Origin: an uncultured virus (IMG/VR IMGVR_UViG_3300032320_001919)
Taxonomy: Duplodnaviria > Heunggongvirae > Uroviricota > Caudoviricetes
DNA: 20,000 bases
Direction: 5' to 3' (one strand)
Virus record (IMG/VR): IMGVR_UViG_3300032320_001919
Part shown: positions 1 through 8,266 of the stretch, in pieces
How positions within the stretch are numbered: the first letter of the stretch is position 1
Layout of the letters: each line of letters starts with the position of its first letter
Made by a program: the position numbers and the translations under genes
The notes under the pieces: generated by a model
Told to the model about the DNA's origin: nothing
Database searches by the model: none
The model's input: only the letters and a program-made list of their open reading frames with translations

Positions 1-124
1 CATCGAGTAAACGATGCGCAGTACAAAGAAGTTGCGCAGACTCAAGGATCATTTTGACAACATGCTTGTCAACCATCCACTGAGCAGCTTGTACTGGATC
101 TTTATCAATGTAGAAAATGTTCAT
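1..124 (-). CDS. Pyrimidine-dimer DNA glycosylase (DenV/Pyr_excise-like), 5' portion, runs off the window
   Basis: Not in the ORF track. Manual translation from ATG at 124 gives MNIFYIDKDPVQAAQWMVDKHVVKMILESAQLLCTAH, matching the recalled MNIF..D....AA....DKH..KM..E.AQ.L N-terminus. The start overlaps the deformylase stop (ATGA). Confidence 0.75.
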   Translation of the reverse strand, partial: MNIFYIDKDPVQAAQWMVDKHVVKMILESAQLLCTAHRLLD

Positions 125-627
125 GCAGATACTTTCATTTCAAATTTATCGCCACGTTTCCATTTCTTCAATGCTTGGTCGCGGTGATAGCGGTTTGCTC
201 TGTTGTAGAAAAGGATTCCATCCAAATGATCTAGTTCATGTTGAAATATTCTAGCAGTTATTCCCGTAAACTGTTTCGTTAACACATCACCATTAGGAGT
301 GCTGAATCTAACACGAATATGCTGCGGTCTAGTAATCTTAACTAATAACCCATTATAAGTCAAGCATCCTTCTTCAAGTTCTACTTTAGCTTCCGACTTC
401 CAAACAATTTTTGGATTGATGCAAACAAAGTTTTCAGGAGCTCCTCTCATAGCAAAAATTCTATATGGGATACCAACTTGATTGGCAGCAATACCTATCC
501 CGTTGTTATCGTACATAAACTTGACAAGATCTTTAGCAAACTGCACAGGATCAAATGGAGCACTTAAAAAATTAAATGTTTTACAAGGAGTGGTTAATAT
601 TGGGTCATTATGATTTACTAACTGCAT
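121..627 (-). CDS. def: Peptide deformylase
   Basis: All three PDF motifs are present: GIGIAANQ, EGCLT, HELDH. Confidence 0.95.
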   Translation of the reverse strand: MQLVNHNDPILTTPCKTFNFLSAPFDPVQFAKDLVKFMYDNNGIGIAANQVGIPYRIFAMRGAPENFVCINPKIVWKSEAKVELEEGCLTYNGLLVKITRPQHIRVRFSTPNGDVLTKQFTGITARIFQHELDHLDGILFYNRANRYHRDQALKKWKRGDKFEMKVSA

Positions 628-2333
628 TACACTATCCTACTAAAATTTTTATGCTTTTCAAACCGTAATACTTTCTCAAACTTATCGTAAAGCTGATCAG
701 TTTTATGACTTATTATAAACGTGTTTGTATCTGAAGTCAAGCTGTTTATTATCTTGAGGAACTCTTCTGTTCCATTAGAGTCTAAAGAACTGTCAAACAC
801 TTCGTCCATGATAAGAATGTTCGTATTGATAGAGTTTCTCAATTTAGCAATAGCTCTCCAAGTGAAAAGAATAGCAAGATTGATACGCATCTTTTCACCT
901 TCAGAAAAAGAAGCATAACTGAAAACGTCTCTATATCTTGATTTAATAGTTTCATTGAACTCTTCATCAAGTTCAAACTGGCACATGAATTCCATTGAAG
1001 AAAGATATTTGTTAATCAGCTTATTGATTACGGGAATATACTGCTTGATAATCTTAGCTTTAATGCCGCCGTCTTTCAATAAGTTAGATGCGATAGAAAG
1101 AATGTTTTTTTCTTCTAACAAGTCATAATACTTTTTCTCTAGATCTTTAAGGTTTTTTTCTAGTTCTGGAACTTTATTATCTTCTTCATGTGCAGACCTG
1201 TTGTCTATCTTTTGTATTTCTTTTTCTAACGATCTACGATAATCAAGTAATGAAGATATTTTTGTTTTTACTCTACTGATTTCAAGCTTGTTATGGTTAA
1301 TTTCATTATGAATGTCCATCATCTCATTAATACGGTTGTTGACCTTTTCATATTCTTCACTGAGCCTCTCAAGACCTTCCTGTATATTTCTGATCTCAGT
1401 TTCTTTTGATGTGATGGTTTCGCTTTTAAATTGCTCATCGATCTGCTGCTTACAAGTAGGACAGTTGTCATACTTGTGAAAAAACCCAACTTCTTTATTC
1501 AAAACGTTTAAGTTTGCTTCGATCTGATGTTTTAGCTGACTAAGCTTTTTCATCTTTTTAGAAACAGCTTCTTCATCGATTAAAGAATCTTCAAGTTCTT
1601 TTCGAGCCTTTTCATAACCACAATACTCATCACTGAGTTTTTGTATTTGTTCATTCGTCTCAGTTATTCTAGATTGCTTTTCTTCAATGAGCTTTTCATT
1701 ATTACTTTGAATTTCTTTTAAATGTTCTTTAACGAGAGCTATCTTTTCTTCGATAAGATTTTTCTCCGAACTAGAAGACTGTATCTGACCAGAGTTAAGA
1801 AGAACTTTATCTTTTAGTAATAAATTCATCTTAGTAAAAATTTGTAAATCCAATAAGTCTTCAATGATTTCTCTACGCTGATACGCAGTAAGCTGCATGA
1901 AGGGTTGAAATGTCGCAGAACCCAATACAACAACTTGACAGAACGACTTATGATTTACTTTGATGATCTGCTTTTCTAAAATATCTTGGTAGTCTTTCAT
2001 CTCAGCAGACTGATTCATCAGTTTGTCGTTTTGGTAAACTTCAAAGATGTTCGGCTTTATTCCACGGATAATTTTATATTCGTTAGAACCAATAGAAAAC
2101 TCAACCTCTACAACCATTTGCTTTTGGGTTATGGTATTAAGAAGTTGCGGCTTGTTAATTTTTCTGAATGGTTTACCAAACAAAACAAAAGAAAGGGCGT
2201 CCAGTAAAGTTGATTTACCAGCACCGTTTTCACCCACAATTAATGTGGTACTGTTAGAACTTAACTGTATTTCTGTGAACAAATTTCCAGTAGATAGAAA
2301 GTTTTTCCATTTTATCTTTTTAAATAAAATCAT
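627..2333 (-). CDS. gp46: gp46 recombination endonuclease ATPase subunit (Rad50/SbcC-like)
   Basis: Walker A GENGAGKST, long coiled coil with CPTC zinc hook, signature FSEGE, Walker B/D-loop ILIMDEVFDSSLD, ISH motif. Confidence 0.97.
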   Translation of the reverse strand: MILFKKIKWKNFLSTGNLFTEIQLSSNSTTLIVGENGAGKSTLLDALSFVLFGKPFRKINKPQLLNTITQKQMVVEVEFSIGSNEYKIIRGIKPNIFEVYQNDKLMNQSAEMKDYQDILEKQIIKVNHKSFCQVVVLGSATFQPFMQLTAYQRREIIEDLLDLQIFTKMNLLLKDKVLLNSGQIQSSSSEKNLIEEKIALVKEHLKEIQSNNEKLIEEKQSRITETNEQIQKLSDEYCGYEKARKELEDSLIDEEAVSKKMKKLSQLKHQIEANLNVLNKEVGFFHKYDNCPTCKQQIDEQFKSETITSKETEIRNIQEGLERLSEEYEKVNNRINEMMDIHNEINHNKLEISRVKTKISSLLDYRRSLEKEIQKIDNRSAHEEDNKVPELEKNLKDLEKKYYDLLEEKNILSIASNLLKDGGIKAKIIKQYIPVINKLINKYLSSMEFMCQFELDEEFNETIKSRYRDVFSYASFSEGEKMRINLAILFTWRAIAKLRNSINTNILIMDEVFDSSLDSNGTEEFLKIINSLTSDTNTFIISHKTDQLYDKFEKVLRFEKHKNFSRIV

Positions 2334-3397
2334 ACTATACTAACAGCCTCATTATACAAGTCAAATATCTTCTTAGTCAACTTGTCTTTGTTGACATTTT
2401 TCAATTCATAAGCATCAATATACTTCTTGAATATGTCGATAGTCGACTCTGCTTCGTTAACAATATCTTGATCGTTTTCCATATTCAAATTGAGATGATC
2501 TTCTACGATTTGGATATCTATAGGATTTTCGCTCTCTAAATTTTCGATAAACTTATCAAACCAATAATGATTTGTTTTATTTGTTACAATAACTTTAATC
2601 AAGCTTCCGGCATACTGTTTGTAATCTATTTTCTTTTGTAAGAAAGAATCGTCGGCGTCATTGTACCAAACCTTTTTGAACATTTTGAAAGAATTTTCGA
2701 CGAATGTCAATTCCCTAGTATCAGTATCAAAAATATGGAAGCCACGAGGATCATCAAAATCCGACCATGTAAACTCGCCATGGCTACCCAAATAGTAAAT
2801 ATGACCATCAGTGGAGCGGTGATGATAGTGACCAGACATAACAATATCAAACTGATCAAAAATATCCCGATTATCGCCATGAGAAACAATAGACCCTCGA
2901 TACATCTCGAAACCTTGTATTTCAAGGTGTCCCATCGCGATCTGCGCAGGTGTGGATTGTATGGCATTTATAATCTGCTTGCGATTATCGTCGCAAATCC
3001 AAGGGATGAATAGAATAGGTACTCCACCAAAAGTGACAGATTCGGCATGCTTGGTGTAAGTTTTGAAAGAAGGGTATGCATTTTCAACAAGCTCCTTGAT
3101 AGCGTTAACTTCGTTTGTATTTTTATAATGAGTGTCGTGATTGCCAGCGATAAGATGAACTTCGAGATTGCGATCTTTAAGTTTTTCAAGAAAGTCGACC
3201 CTCATTCTACGAGCAGTGTTTATGTTAATATACTTACGCCTATCGACAAGATCACCAAGATGAACAACAGTGTTAATACTGTTACTGTCAATATAGGGAA
3301 AAAAGATTTCATCAAGAAACTTTTTATTGTTGTCAAGGAATGCCACATTGTCGTTTCTTACACCCCAGTGTGTGTCTGCTAAAAGAGCTATTTTCAT
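2330..3397 (-). CDS. gp47: gp47 recombination endonuclease nuclease subunit (Mre11/SbcD-like)
   Basis: Metallophosphoesterase motifs DTHWG, GDLVD, GNHD, GHLE, SGHYH. Adjacent to gp46. Confidence 0.97.
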   Translation of the reverse strand: MKIALLADTHWGVRNDNVAFLDNNKKFLDEIFFPYIDSNSINTVVHLGDLVDRRKYININTARRMRVDFLEKLKDRNLEVHLIAGNHDTHYKNTNEVNAIKELVENAYPSFKTYTKHAESVTFGGVPILFIPWICDDNRKQIINAIQSTPAQIAMGHLEIQGFEMYRGSIVSHGDNRDIFDQFDIVMSGHYHHRSTDGHIYYLGSHGEFTWSDFDDPRGFHIFDTDTRELTFVENSFKMFKKVWYNDADDSFLQKKIDYKQYAGSLIKVIVTNKTNHYWFDKFIENLESENPIDIQIVEDHLNLNMENDQDIVNEAESTIDIFKKYIDAYELKNVNKDKLTKKIFDLYNEAVSIV

Positions 3398-4026
3398 TTA
3401 TTGCCTTTACAATTATCAAAATGATACCTCATCATCGCTGGTTTACCTCCACTTTTATTACAAATCGGACAAGTGACTTTTTGTTTAGGGTTTCGATTTG
3501 CCGAAACAGACATTTTCTTTTTAGTTTCTTCAGACACTTTTTGAACACCCTTTTTGCCTTTGTTCCATGGACCTTCTAACCTATTTTTTAATATCATAGT
3601 GTTTACGTTTTCAAAAACGATTGAAGGAACTTTGTGTCCATATGCAGGATGGTCTTGTCCAAATTTACCTAACATGTTACGACTATGATTTTCAGCAATT
3701 TTTTGTCTTGTTTCTAAAGTTTGTGGATGCCCTCTGAAGTTAATGTTAGCCTTTCCAAAAAGCTTGTTTCCATCCTCTTCTGTCAAATTCGCAAATTGTT
3801 TATCGTTTACTACATTCCACAATTTAGAATAGTGTTGGCCAACACGAGAAATATCTTCTATGTTTTCGGATGCAAACAGAACCGTAGTTTCTACGTTATA
3901 TCCATGCTCCGATATATGTTTTTTCCAATACAAACCAGAACCTCTGTATTTTTCTGGATCGTTTTTCGTATAACCTAGATACTTTAAGCCCGTTACATTA
4001 TGTTTTTTTAAATACAAATAGAACAT
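3394..4026 (-). CDS. Free-standing GIY-YIG (Seg-like) homing endonuclease with NUMOD3-type repeats and C-terminal zinc ribbon
   Basis: YLYLKKHNVTGLKYLG...YRGSG N-terminus, ETRQKIAE and SEETKKKMS repeats, PWNKG, CPIC..HFDNC. GGAGGAGG SD and TATAAATA upstream. Confidence 0.88.
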   Translation of the reverse strand: MFYLYLKKHNVTGLKYLGYTKNDPEKYRGSGLYWKKHISEHGYNVETTVLFASENIEDISRVGQHYSKLWNVVNDKQFANLTEEDGNKLFGKANINFRGHPQTLETRQKIAENHSRNMLGKFGQDHPAYGHKVPSIVFENVNTMILKNRLEGPWNKGKKGVQKVSEETKKKMSVSANRNPKQKVTCPICNKSGGKPAMMRYHFDNCKGNK

Positions 4027-4047
4027 CAGTAAATCCTCCTCCAGTTC

Positions 4048-4055
4048 TATTTATA
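4048..4055 (-). promoter_or_regulatory. T4-type late promoter TATAAATA upstream of the endonuclease
   Basis: Exact gp55 consensus 22 nt upstream of the ATG at 4026. Confidence 0.8.
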
Positions 4056-4059
4056 TAAT

Positions 4060-4086
4060 CTAGTCAGTTATTAATGCTATCTTCAT
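4060..4086 (-). pseudogene. Orphan stub of the gene 47 N-terminus (MKIALITD-stop)
   Basis: ATG AAG ATA GCA TTA ATA ACT GAC TAG overlaps the gp55 end. Compare the intact gp47 start MKIALLAD at 3397. Confidence 0.7.
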
Positions 4087-4612
4087 CATTCAACTTTTCT
4101 GAAAACACTTCAATCCCACTAAGTTTACTAGGTTTTTTAGTTTTAGTCAACTTATTTTCAAAGTTTCTAACCACTTCATCTGAGTATTCATTTGTTTTTA
4201 ATTGGCCTGTAGAATGCTCCCAATGTTCTTCTAACAAAACACTGTTCTCGTAATTCTTATGCTTAATATAAGTTTGTTTCTTTTCTTTGTGTATTCTTCT
4301 AATAAAAGCATTCCAAGCAATCTGTGTAAAGTAAGCGAATGGATTATTCGTCTTGTCAGGATTAAAATTATCAACTGCAGCAACACAATCAATTATACCA
4401 TCTGAAATCATATCTTGCTTATATGTGTATCCAGAAAAGTTTGGTTTCTTTGCCAGATTATTACAAATTAAAAGAATTGATTGACCGATGTACTCTGAAA
4501 CCTTTGGTTTCTGTCTGTTTTCCTTAACTGCTTCTTCAACTGAGTTTTTATATTGAATCATTGCAGAATAAAGTGTCTTGTTATTGATATAATTTATTAC
4601 TCGCTTTGCCAT
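4064..4612 (-). CDS. gp55: gp55 late-transcription sigma factor
   Basis: YINNK.L, PNFSGYTYKQDMISDGI and NPFAYFTQIAWNAFIRRI.KEKKQ are hallmark gp55 segments. Syntenic before gp47. Confidence 0.96.
   Translation of the reverse strand: MAKRVINYINNKTLYSAMIQYKNSVEEAVKENRQKPKVSEYIGQSILLICNNLAKKPNFSGYTYKQDMISDGIIDCVAAVDNFNPDKTNNPFAYFTQIAWNAFIRRIHKEKKQTYIKHKNYENSVLLEEHWEHSTGQLKTNEYSDEVVRNFENKLTKTKKPSKLSGIEVFSEKLNDEDSINN
4122..4150 (-). promoter_or_regulatory. Sigma70-like promoter inside the 3' end of gp55
   Basis: TTGACT-N17-TAAACT on the minus strand, pointing to the endonuclease/gp47/gp46 cluster. Confidence 0.55.
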
Positions 4613-4672
4613 AAAATAGTCCTTTACTTAAATTCAAATTTGCGTATAATCACATGTGTCAATATGAATGCA

Positions 4673-6217
4673 TTAGAACGTTAATGCTACTTTGTAGATC
4701 TTGTAGTCGAACTTCTCTTCGTTGTAAATCTTAATTCTCTCCATGAAGTGGAGCAACGTATAGTTCTTTTTAGTTTTCCAAGAAATATCGTCAGCGATAT
4801 CGAAAAGAGTAGCTTCTGATTTGGTCTCGGACTTTCTAAGTCCACGTCCAATAGACTGAAGATTTCGAATGCGAGACTTCGAAGGCGAAGCAAATATCAC
4901 ATTGTTTATATTAGGAATATTGATACCAGTTGAGAAAGTTCCATAAGAAGCAATAATGATATTACCCGTTCCTTGGTTTACAATTTTACGAATCTCTTCG
5001 CGTTCACTACCATCTATTCCGCCATGAACAAAATATACTTTGTCTTTTACATCTGCTTTGATTGAATCATAGAGCACTTGACCGTGTTTCTCTACAAACT
5101 GAAACAACATTAATGTATTTCCTTCAAGAGAAAGAGCAAGGTTCTTTATGAAATTGTTTCTTGCAGCTAGCTTTACAATGTAATCCATTTCTGCTTGATA
5201 GTCAGAAGAACGAGAGATCATCTGACGAATCTCGTCTGGGTAAGAAAGCACGATAGCCTTGATCCTGAAATCGGCAAGGTGCTTCTGCTCGATAAGTTCT
5301 GCCGTTGTAGTTACTTTACGGACAGGACCAAACAAACCTTCAAGTACGAGCTTATGAGTTTGAGTGCCATCAAGTGTACCAGTAAAGCCAAATCTATATT
5401 GACAGTTTTCCAGTTTGGTCAAAATAGATGTTAGTGATTTGGCTTTGAAGTTATGAGCCTCATCGCCAATCACTACATCATATTGATCGAACCACTCTTT
5501 AGATTCTTTGTATATGCTTTGCCAAGTCGTTATCGTGACTTGGGCTTGCGACCTCTTTTCTTGCCCTGCGTAGATTTTGTGGATCCCGCTGGTCCAGCTG
5601 GACCGTTCATTGCTGGAGGAGTTTTCGGAACCGCTTCCGACCCTACGGCTCCCTGAGTCACTGCGTCTGTGATCTGATTGTTCACTGCAGTATCCGTACT
5701 CTTCGAAGTCGGATGCGAGTTGGTGAACCAAAGTCGTCGTAGGAACGATAATAAGCGTTTTAGCATTGTAATACCTCATTAATAGATAGATAATAAATGA
5801 CTTGCCTGAGGCAGTCGGTGATAATAATAAAGCCCGACGTTCTCGTACTGCATGTACGAAAGCATCGAGCTGGTAATCTCTTGGTTTAAATTTATTTGGT
5901 ATACTTAAAGTTTCGATAAACTTTTTAGCTTCAATCAAAGAAAATTCATCAGAACTAAAATCTGTTTCGTATTCTATTTCATAATTTCTAGACTTGCAAA
6001 ATTCTTCAACGTAACGATTTAATCCACCGTATAAAGTGCAAGTCATTAAATTGAAAAGTCTTATTTTGCCATCCCAAACTTTGTTTCGAACGGCTGGCAT
6101 AAACTTAGCTCCTGGAACATCAAACGTAAAATACGTATTTAATTCCATAGCTATAGAAGGTTCACAATCAATCTTATTATAAACTTCGTTAAGTTTTCTT
6201 ATTCTTACAGTTTCCAT
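4673..6217 (-). CDS. uvsW: UvsW SF2 RNA-DNA/DNA-DNA helicase, with a Ser/Arg-rich insertion
   Basis: WDGKIRLF, PRDYQ, SPTASGKS, DEAH, TGT, QSIGRGLR motifs. Confidence 0.96.
   Translation of the reverse strand: METVRIRKLNEVYNKIDCEPSIAMELNTYFTFDVPGAKFMPAVRNKVWDGKIRLFNLMTCTLYGGLNRYVEEFCKSRNYEIEYETDFSSDEFSLIEAKKFIETLSIPNKFKPRDYQLDAFVHAVRERRALLLSPTASGKSFIIYLLMRYYNAKTLIIVPTTTLVHQLASDFEEYGYCSEQSDHRRSDSGSRRVGSGSENSSSNERSSWTSGIHKIYAGQEKRSQAQVTITTWQSIYKESKEWFDQYDVVIGDEAHNFKAKSLTSILTKLENCQYRFGFTGTLDGTQTHKLVLEGLFGPVRKVTTTAELIEQKHLADFRIKAIVLSYPDEIRQMISRSSDYQAEMDYIVKLAARNNFIKNLALSLEGNTLMLFQFVEKHGQVLYDSIKADVKDKVYFVHGGIDGSEREEIRKIVNQGTGNIIIASYGTFSTGINIPNINNVIFASPSKSRIRNLQSIGRGLRKSETKSEATLFDIADDISWKTKKNYTLLHFMERIKIYNEEKFDYKIYKVALTF
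5530..5766 (-). CDS. Putative overprinted 78-aa protein nested in uvsW (alternative frame, same strand)
   Basis: SD TGAGGT (5773-5778) 6 nt before the ATG. Amphipathic N-terminus MLKRLLSFLRRLWF, Pro/Ala/Thr linker and basic tail KKRGRKPKSR. Spans the UvsW insertion. Confidence 0.6.
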   Translation of the reverse strand: MLKRLLSFLRRLWFTNSHPTSKSTDTAVNNQITDAVTQGAVGSEAVPKTPPAMNGPAGPAGSTKSTQGKKRGRKPKSR

Positions 6218-6651
6218 TATGAACCATTTGTAAATTTAACCCATTCAACATACACTTTGAGGTTGTAACCTCTATTCATTATAGTCTTGATTATTGACTC
6301 TAGAAGTTCTATTTTTTCTTGTTGCAATCCAATTCTAAGAGAAAGGTTTATTATATTTTCGTCTGCTTCCATATACATTGGAATGTCAGCTTTAAGTATA
6401 AGACCTTTAGAAGGAAGCTTCCAACCCTTTTCTTGAGTTTCTTCGTTTGGACCCTGAGTGTAAAACTCGTACTTGTCTAACCTAAGCTTCTTTAAATCAG
6501 ACTCGAATTTTCTAAGCGAAAGTCTTTCTGAAGAAAGAATCTGAAAGTATTTATGATGAAGCTTGGCTATTTTAAGAGCCTCTTCTCCAGGCTCGGTCTT
6601 GTCGATTTCAGCATCAACTTTCCAAAGCTCGTGTATTTCTTCAATTTTCAT
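6217..6651 (-). CDS. uvsY: UvsY recombination mediator
   Basis: W..D.EID, E.LKIAKLHHKY, ILKADIPMYMEAD, I.NRGYN pattern. Position between gp3 and uvsW. Confidence 0.9.
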   Translation of the reverse strand: MKIEEIHELWKVDAEIDKTEPGEEALKIAKLHHKYFQILSSERLSLRKFESDLKKLRLDKYEFYTQGPNEETQEKGWKLPSKGLILKADIPMYMEADENIINLSLRIGLQQEKIELLESIIKTIMNRGYNLKVYVEWVKFTNGS

Positions 6652-6681
6652 TTCAAGATCTCTAAATTATTAATAGAGTAT

Positions 6682-6711
6682 ATAATACTGCAGTAACGAA
6701 TAAAAGTAAAG
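6682..6711 (-). promoter_or_regulatory. Early/middle-type promoter for uvsY-uvsW
   Basis: Minus strand (C)TTTACT-N17-TATTAT in the intergenic gap. Confidence 0.5.
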
Positions 6712-7233
6712 TTAAATATTAGTAATTGTATAGTAGCTATACTTAAAAGTTGAAGAAGTTTCGATATAGTTTACGCTGTTATCAGTTGTATTAAAAACAA
6801 GTTGACTGAGATCTACAGGAAATGCATCAACAAAAGTAATATCATAATTTGGCATTTTTGTACTTGATAAAATCATTAATGAAATATCAGAGTAAATACC
6901 ATCACCCGAAGTTATAGGTTGATCTTGGATAGTTTTATATTGTTCAAAGTTTTCTGGTTTACCAAGGGCGATCAACCAGTTATAAATTTCAAGGTAATTC
7001 TTTAGCTCTTCATCAACTTTAAATGTAATTGTGAGATCGCCAAAATTAACGTGCTCGCCAGGAATTGGTGTTTTTACAAATGGGTTGTTTGGTTGTGGCG
7101 GAGGGATAGAAATAGAGGGGATGTTAACTTTCTGTATAAAGAAGTTAACGTGCGGAGCCTTCTTAATTTGAAACTTAAAATTAAGAGGAGAAAGAAAGTT
7201 GCGGTTTGATGGTGTATTATCTATTGCTGACAT
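6712..7233 (-). CDS. gp3: gp3 tail completion / sheath stabilizer
   Basis: NFLSP..FKF, FF.QKVNIP, F.VDEEL.NY.EIYNW, F.DAFP.L pattern. Conserved position downstream of gp23. Confidence 0.88.
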   Translation of the reverse strand: MSAIDNTPSNRNFLSPLNFKFQIKKAPHVNFFIQKVNIPSISIPPPQPNNPFVKTPIPGEHVNFGDLTITFKVDEELKNYLEIYNWLIALGKPENFEQYKTIQDQPITSGDGIYSDISLMILSSTKMPNYDITFVDAFPVDLSQLVFNTTDNSVNYIETSSTFKYSYYTITNI

Positions 7234-8264
7234 TATTTACCTACATAGTTCCCATATTGATCGTATTTTGCTCCTATAATTTTATCAACAACTTTATCAG
7301 CAATTGATCTTTTAGGAACATCATCCCAACGATTCGAATAAGAAGGTTGTGTTTTAGATCTTGTTGCAGCAACAGCTTGTCTTAAATACGGATTTTCATC
7401 TGCACCTCCTGTTCTAAGTCTTGCTCTTGCTTTTGCTGCAGTGTCAATAGTATTAATTGTTTCACCTTTATTATTTATTTTTGGTTCAAAACCAGGTTTT
7501 GGATCATTATCAACTCTAGGTCTAAAATCTTTTTTTCCTGGATCATATTTTAGAGTTGGATCTCTAACTTTGTCCCAAGTTTCTTTACCAAAAGTTTCTT
7601 TGCCATACTGATTGACGTTCATTCTATCAGTAGTAAATTGTATTCTTTTATCTGTAGGATTATTTCTTTTTAAAGAATCAACTATTCTTTTTTGAACTGC
7701 AGGATCATTTTCCATATGTTGCCCTAATGACCACATTGTATGTTTAGTTTTTGGATTTGCTAAATCTTTATCTAATAAAGCATTTCCCTGTGGTGTATCA
7801 GGATATCTAGCTTTTATATCTGCGTGTATATTATCTCTAGGAATGTTTAATCTTCCTGCTTCTTGATCTTTTGCTAACCATTTTCCTAAAGTTTTTGCAG
7901 TTTGTCTTTCGCCGACTTTTGCAACAGTTTTTATTATACCACCAACACCAGTAGCCATCGATGCAACATCGGCTGTATATCCGCCATATTTGTATGCATC
8001 AGGACTTCTAGTTTGAGCTATGGTATCTTTTTCTATTTCGTCATTTACTTCATCTTTATATGTAGTTCCTTTACCATAACCAACAGCAGCACCTAGATTT
8101 TTTATACCATAATCTACGGCAGCTCGACCATATTTACCAAGATCCATTGTTTGAGAGTTATAAGCACCTCTAGCAAAATCACTAACAGTGTTATCAATTT
8201 TTTTATTTTCTTTTGAAGGTGCTCGTGGCGCTGCTTCTTTAATAAACTGCTTAAAAGATTTCAT
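7233..8264 (-). CDS. Hypothetical protein, putative capsid-internal protein; C-terminal part DUF6624-like
   Basis: N-terminus MKSFKQFIKE resembles the T4 internal protein targeting sequence. Long ORF abutting gp3. Confidence 0.6.
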   Translation of the reverse strand: MKSFKQFIKEAAPRAPSKENKKIDNTVSDFARGAYNSQTMDLGKYGRAAVDYGIKNLGAAVGYGKGTTYKDEVNDEIEKDTIAQTRSPDAYKYGGYTADVASMATGVGGIIKTVAKVGERQTAKTLGKWLAKDQEAGRLNIPRDNIHADIKARYPDTPQGNALLDKDLANPKTKHTMWSLGQHMENDPAVQKRIVDSLKRNNPTDKRIQFTTDRMNVNQYGKETFGKETWDKVRDPTLKYDPGKKDFRPRVDNDPKPGFEPKINNKGETINTIDTAAKARARLRTGGADENPYLRQAVAATRSKTQPSYSNRWDDVPKRSIADKVVDKIIGAKYDQYGNYVGK

Positions 8265-8266
8265 TG

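Noticed and set aside
2707..3189. Alternative-frame minus-strand ORFs in gp47, one hydrophobic
   Set aside because: Hydrophobicity is expected from shifted frames of AT-rich genes, and there is no independent start signal or anomaly in gp47.
3398..4062. Group I intron in gene 47 carrying the endonuclease
   Set aside because: Only about 35 non-coding nt flank the ORF, too little for a ribozyme core, and gp47 has a complete start of its own.
4687..4893. Second alternative-frame ORF in uvsW (68 aa)
   Set aside because: No convincing SD, overlaps conserved helicase motifs with no accompanying insertion, and the product looks unstructured.
5585..5692. Intein or intron as the cause of the UvsW insertion
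   Set aside because: Far too short, has no intein C-terminal HN-[CST] motif, and the frame stays open.
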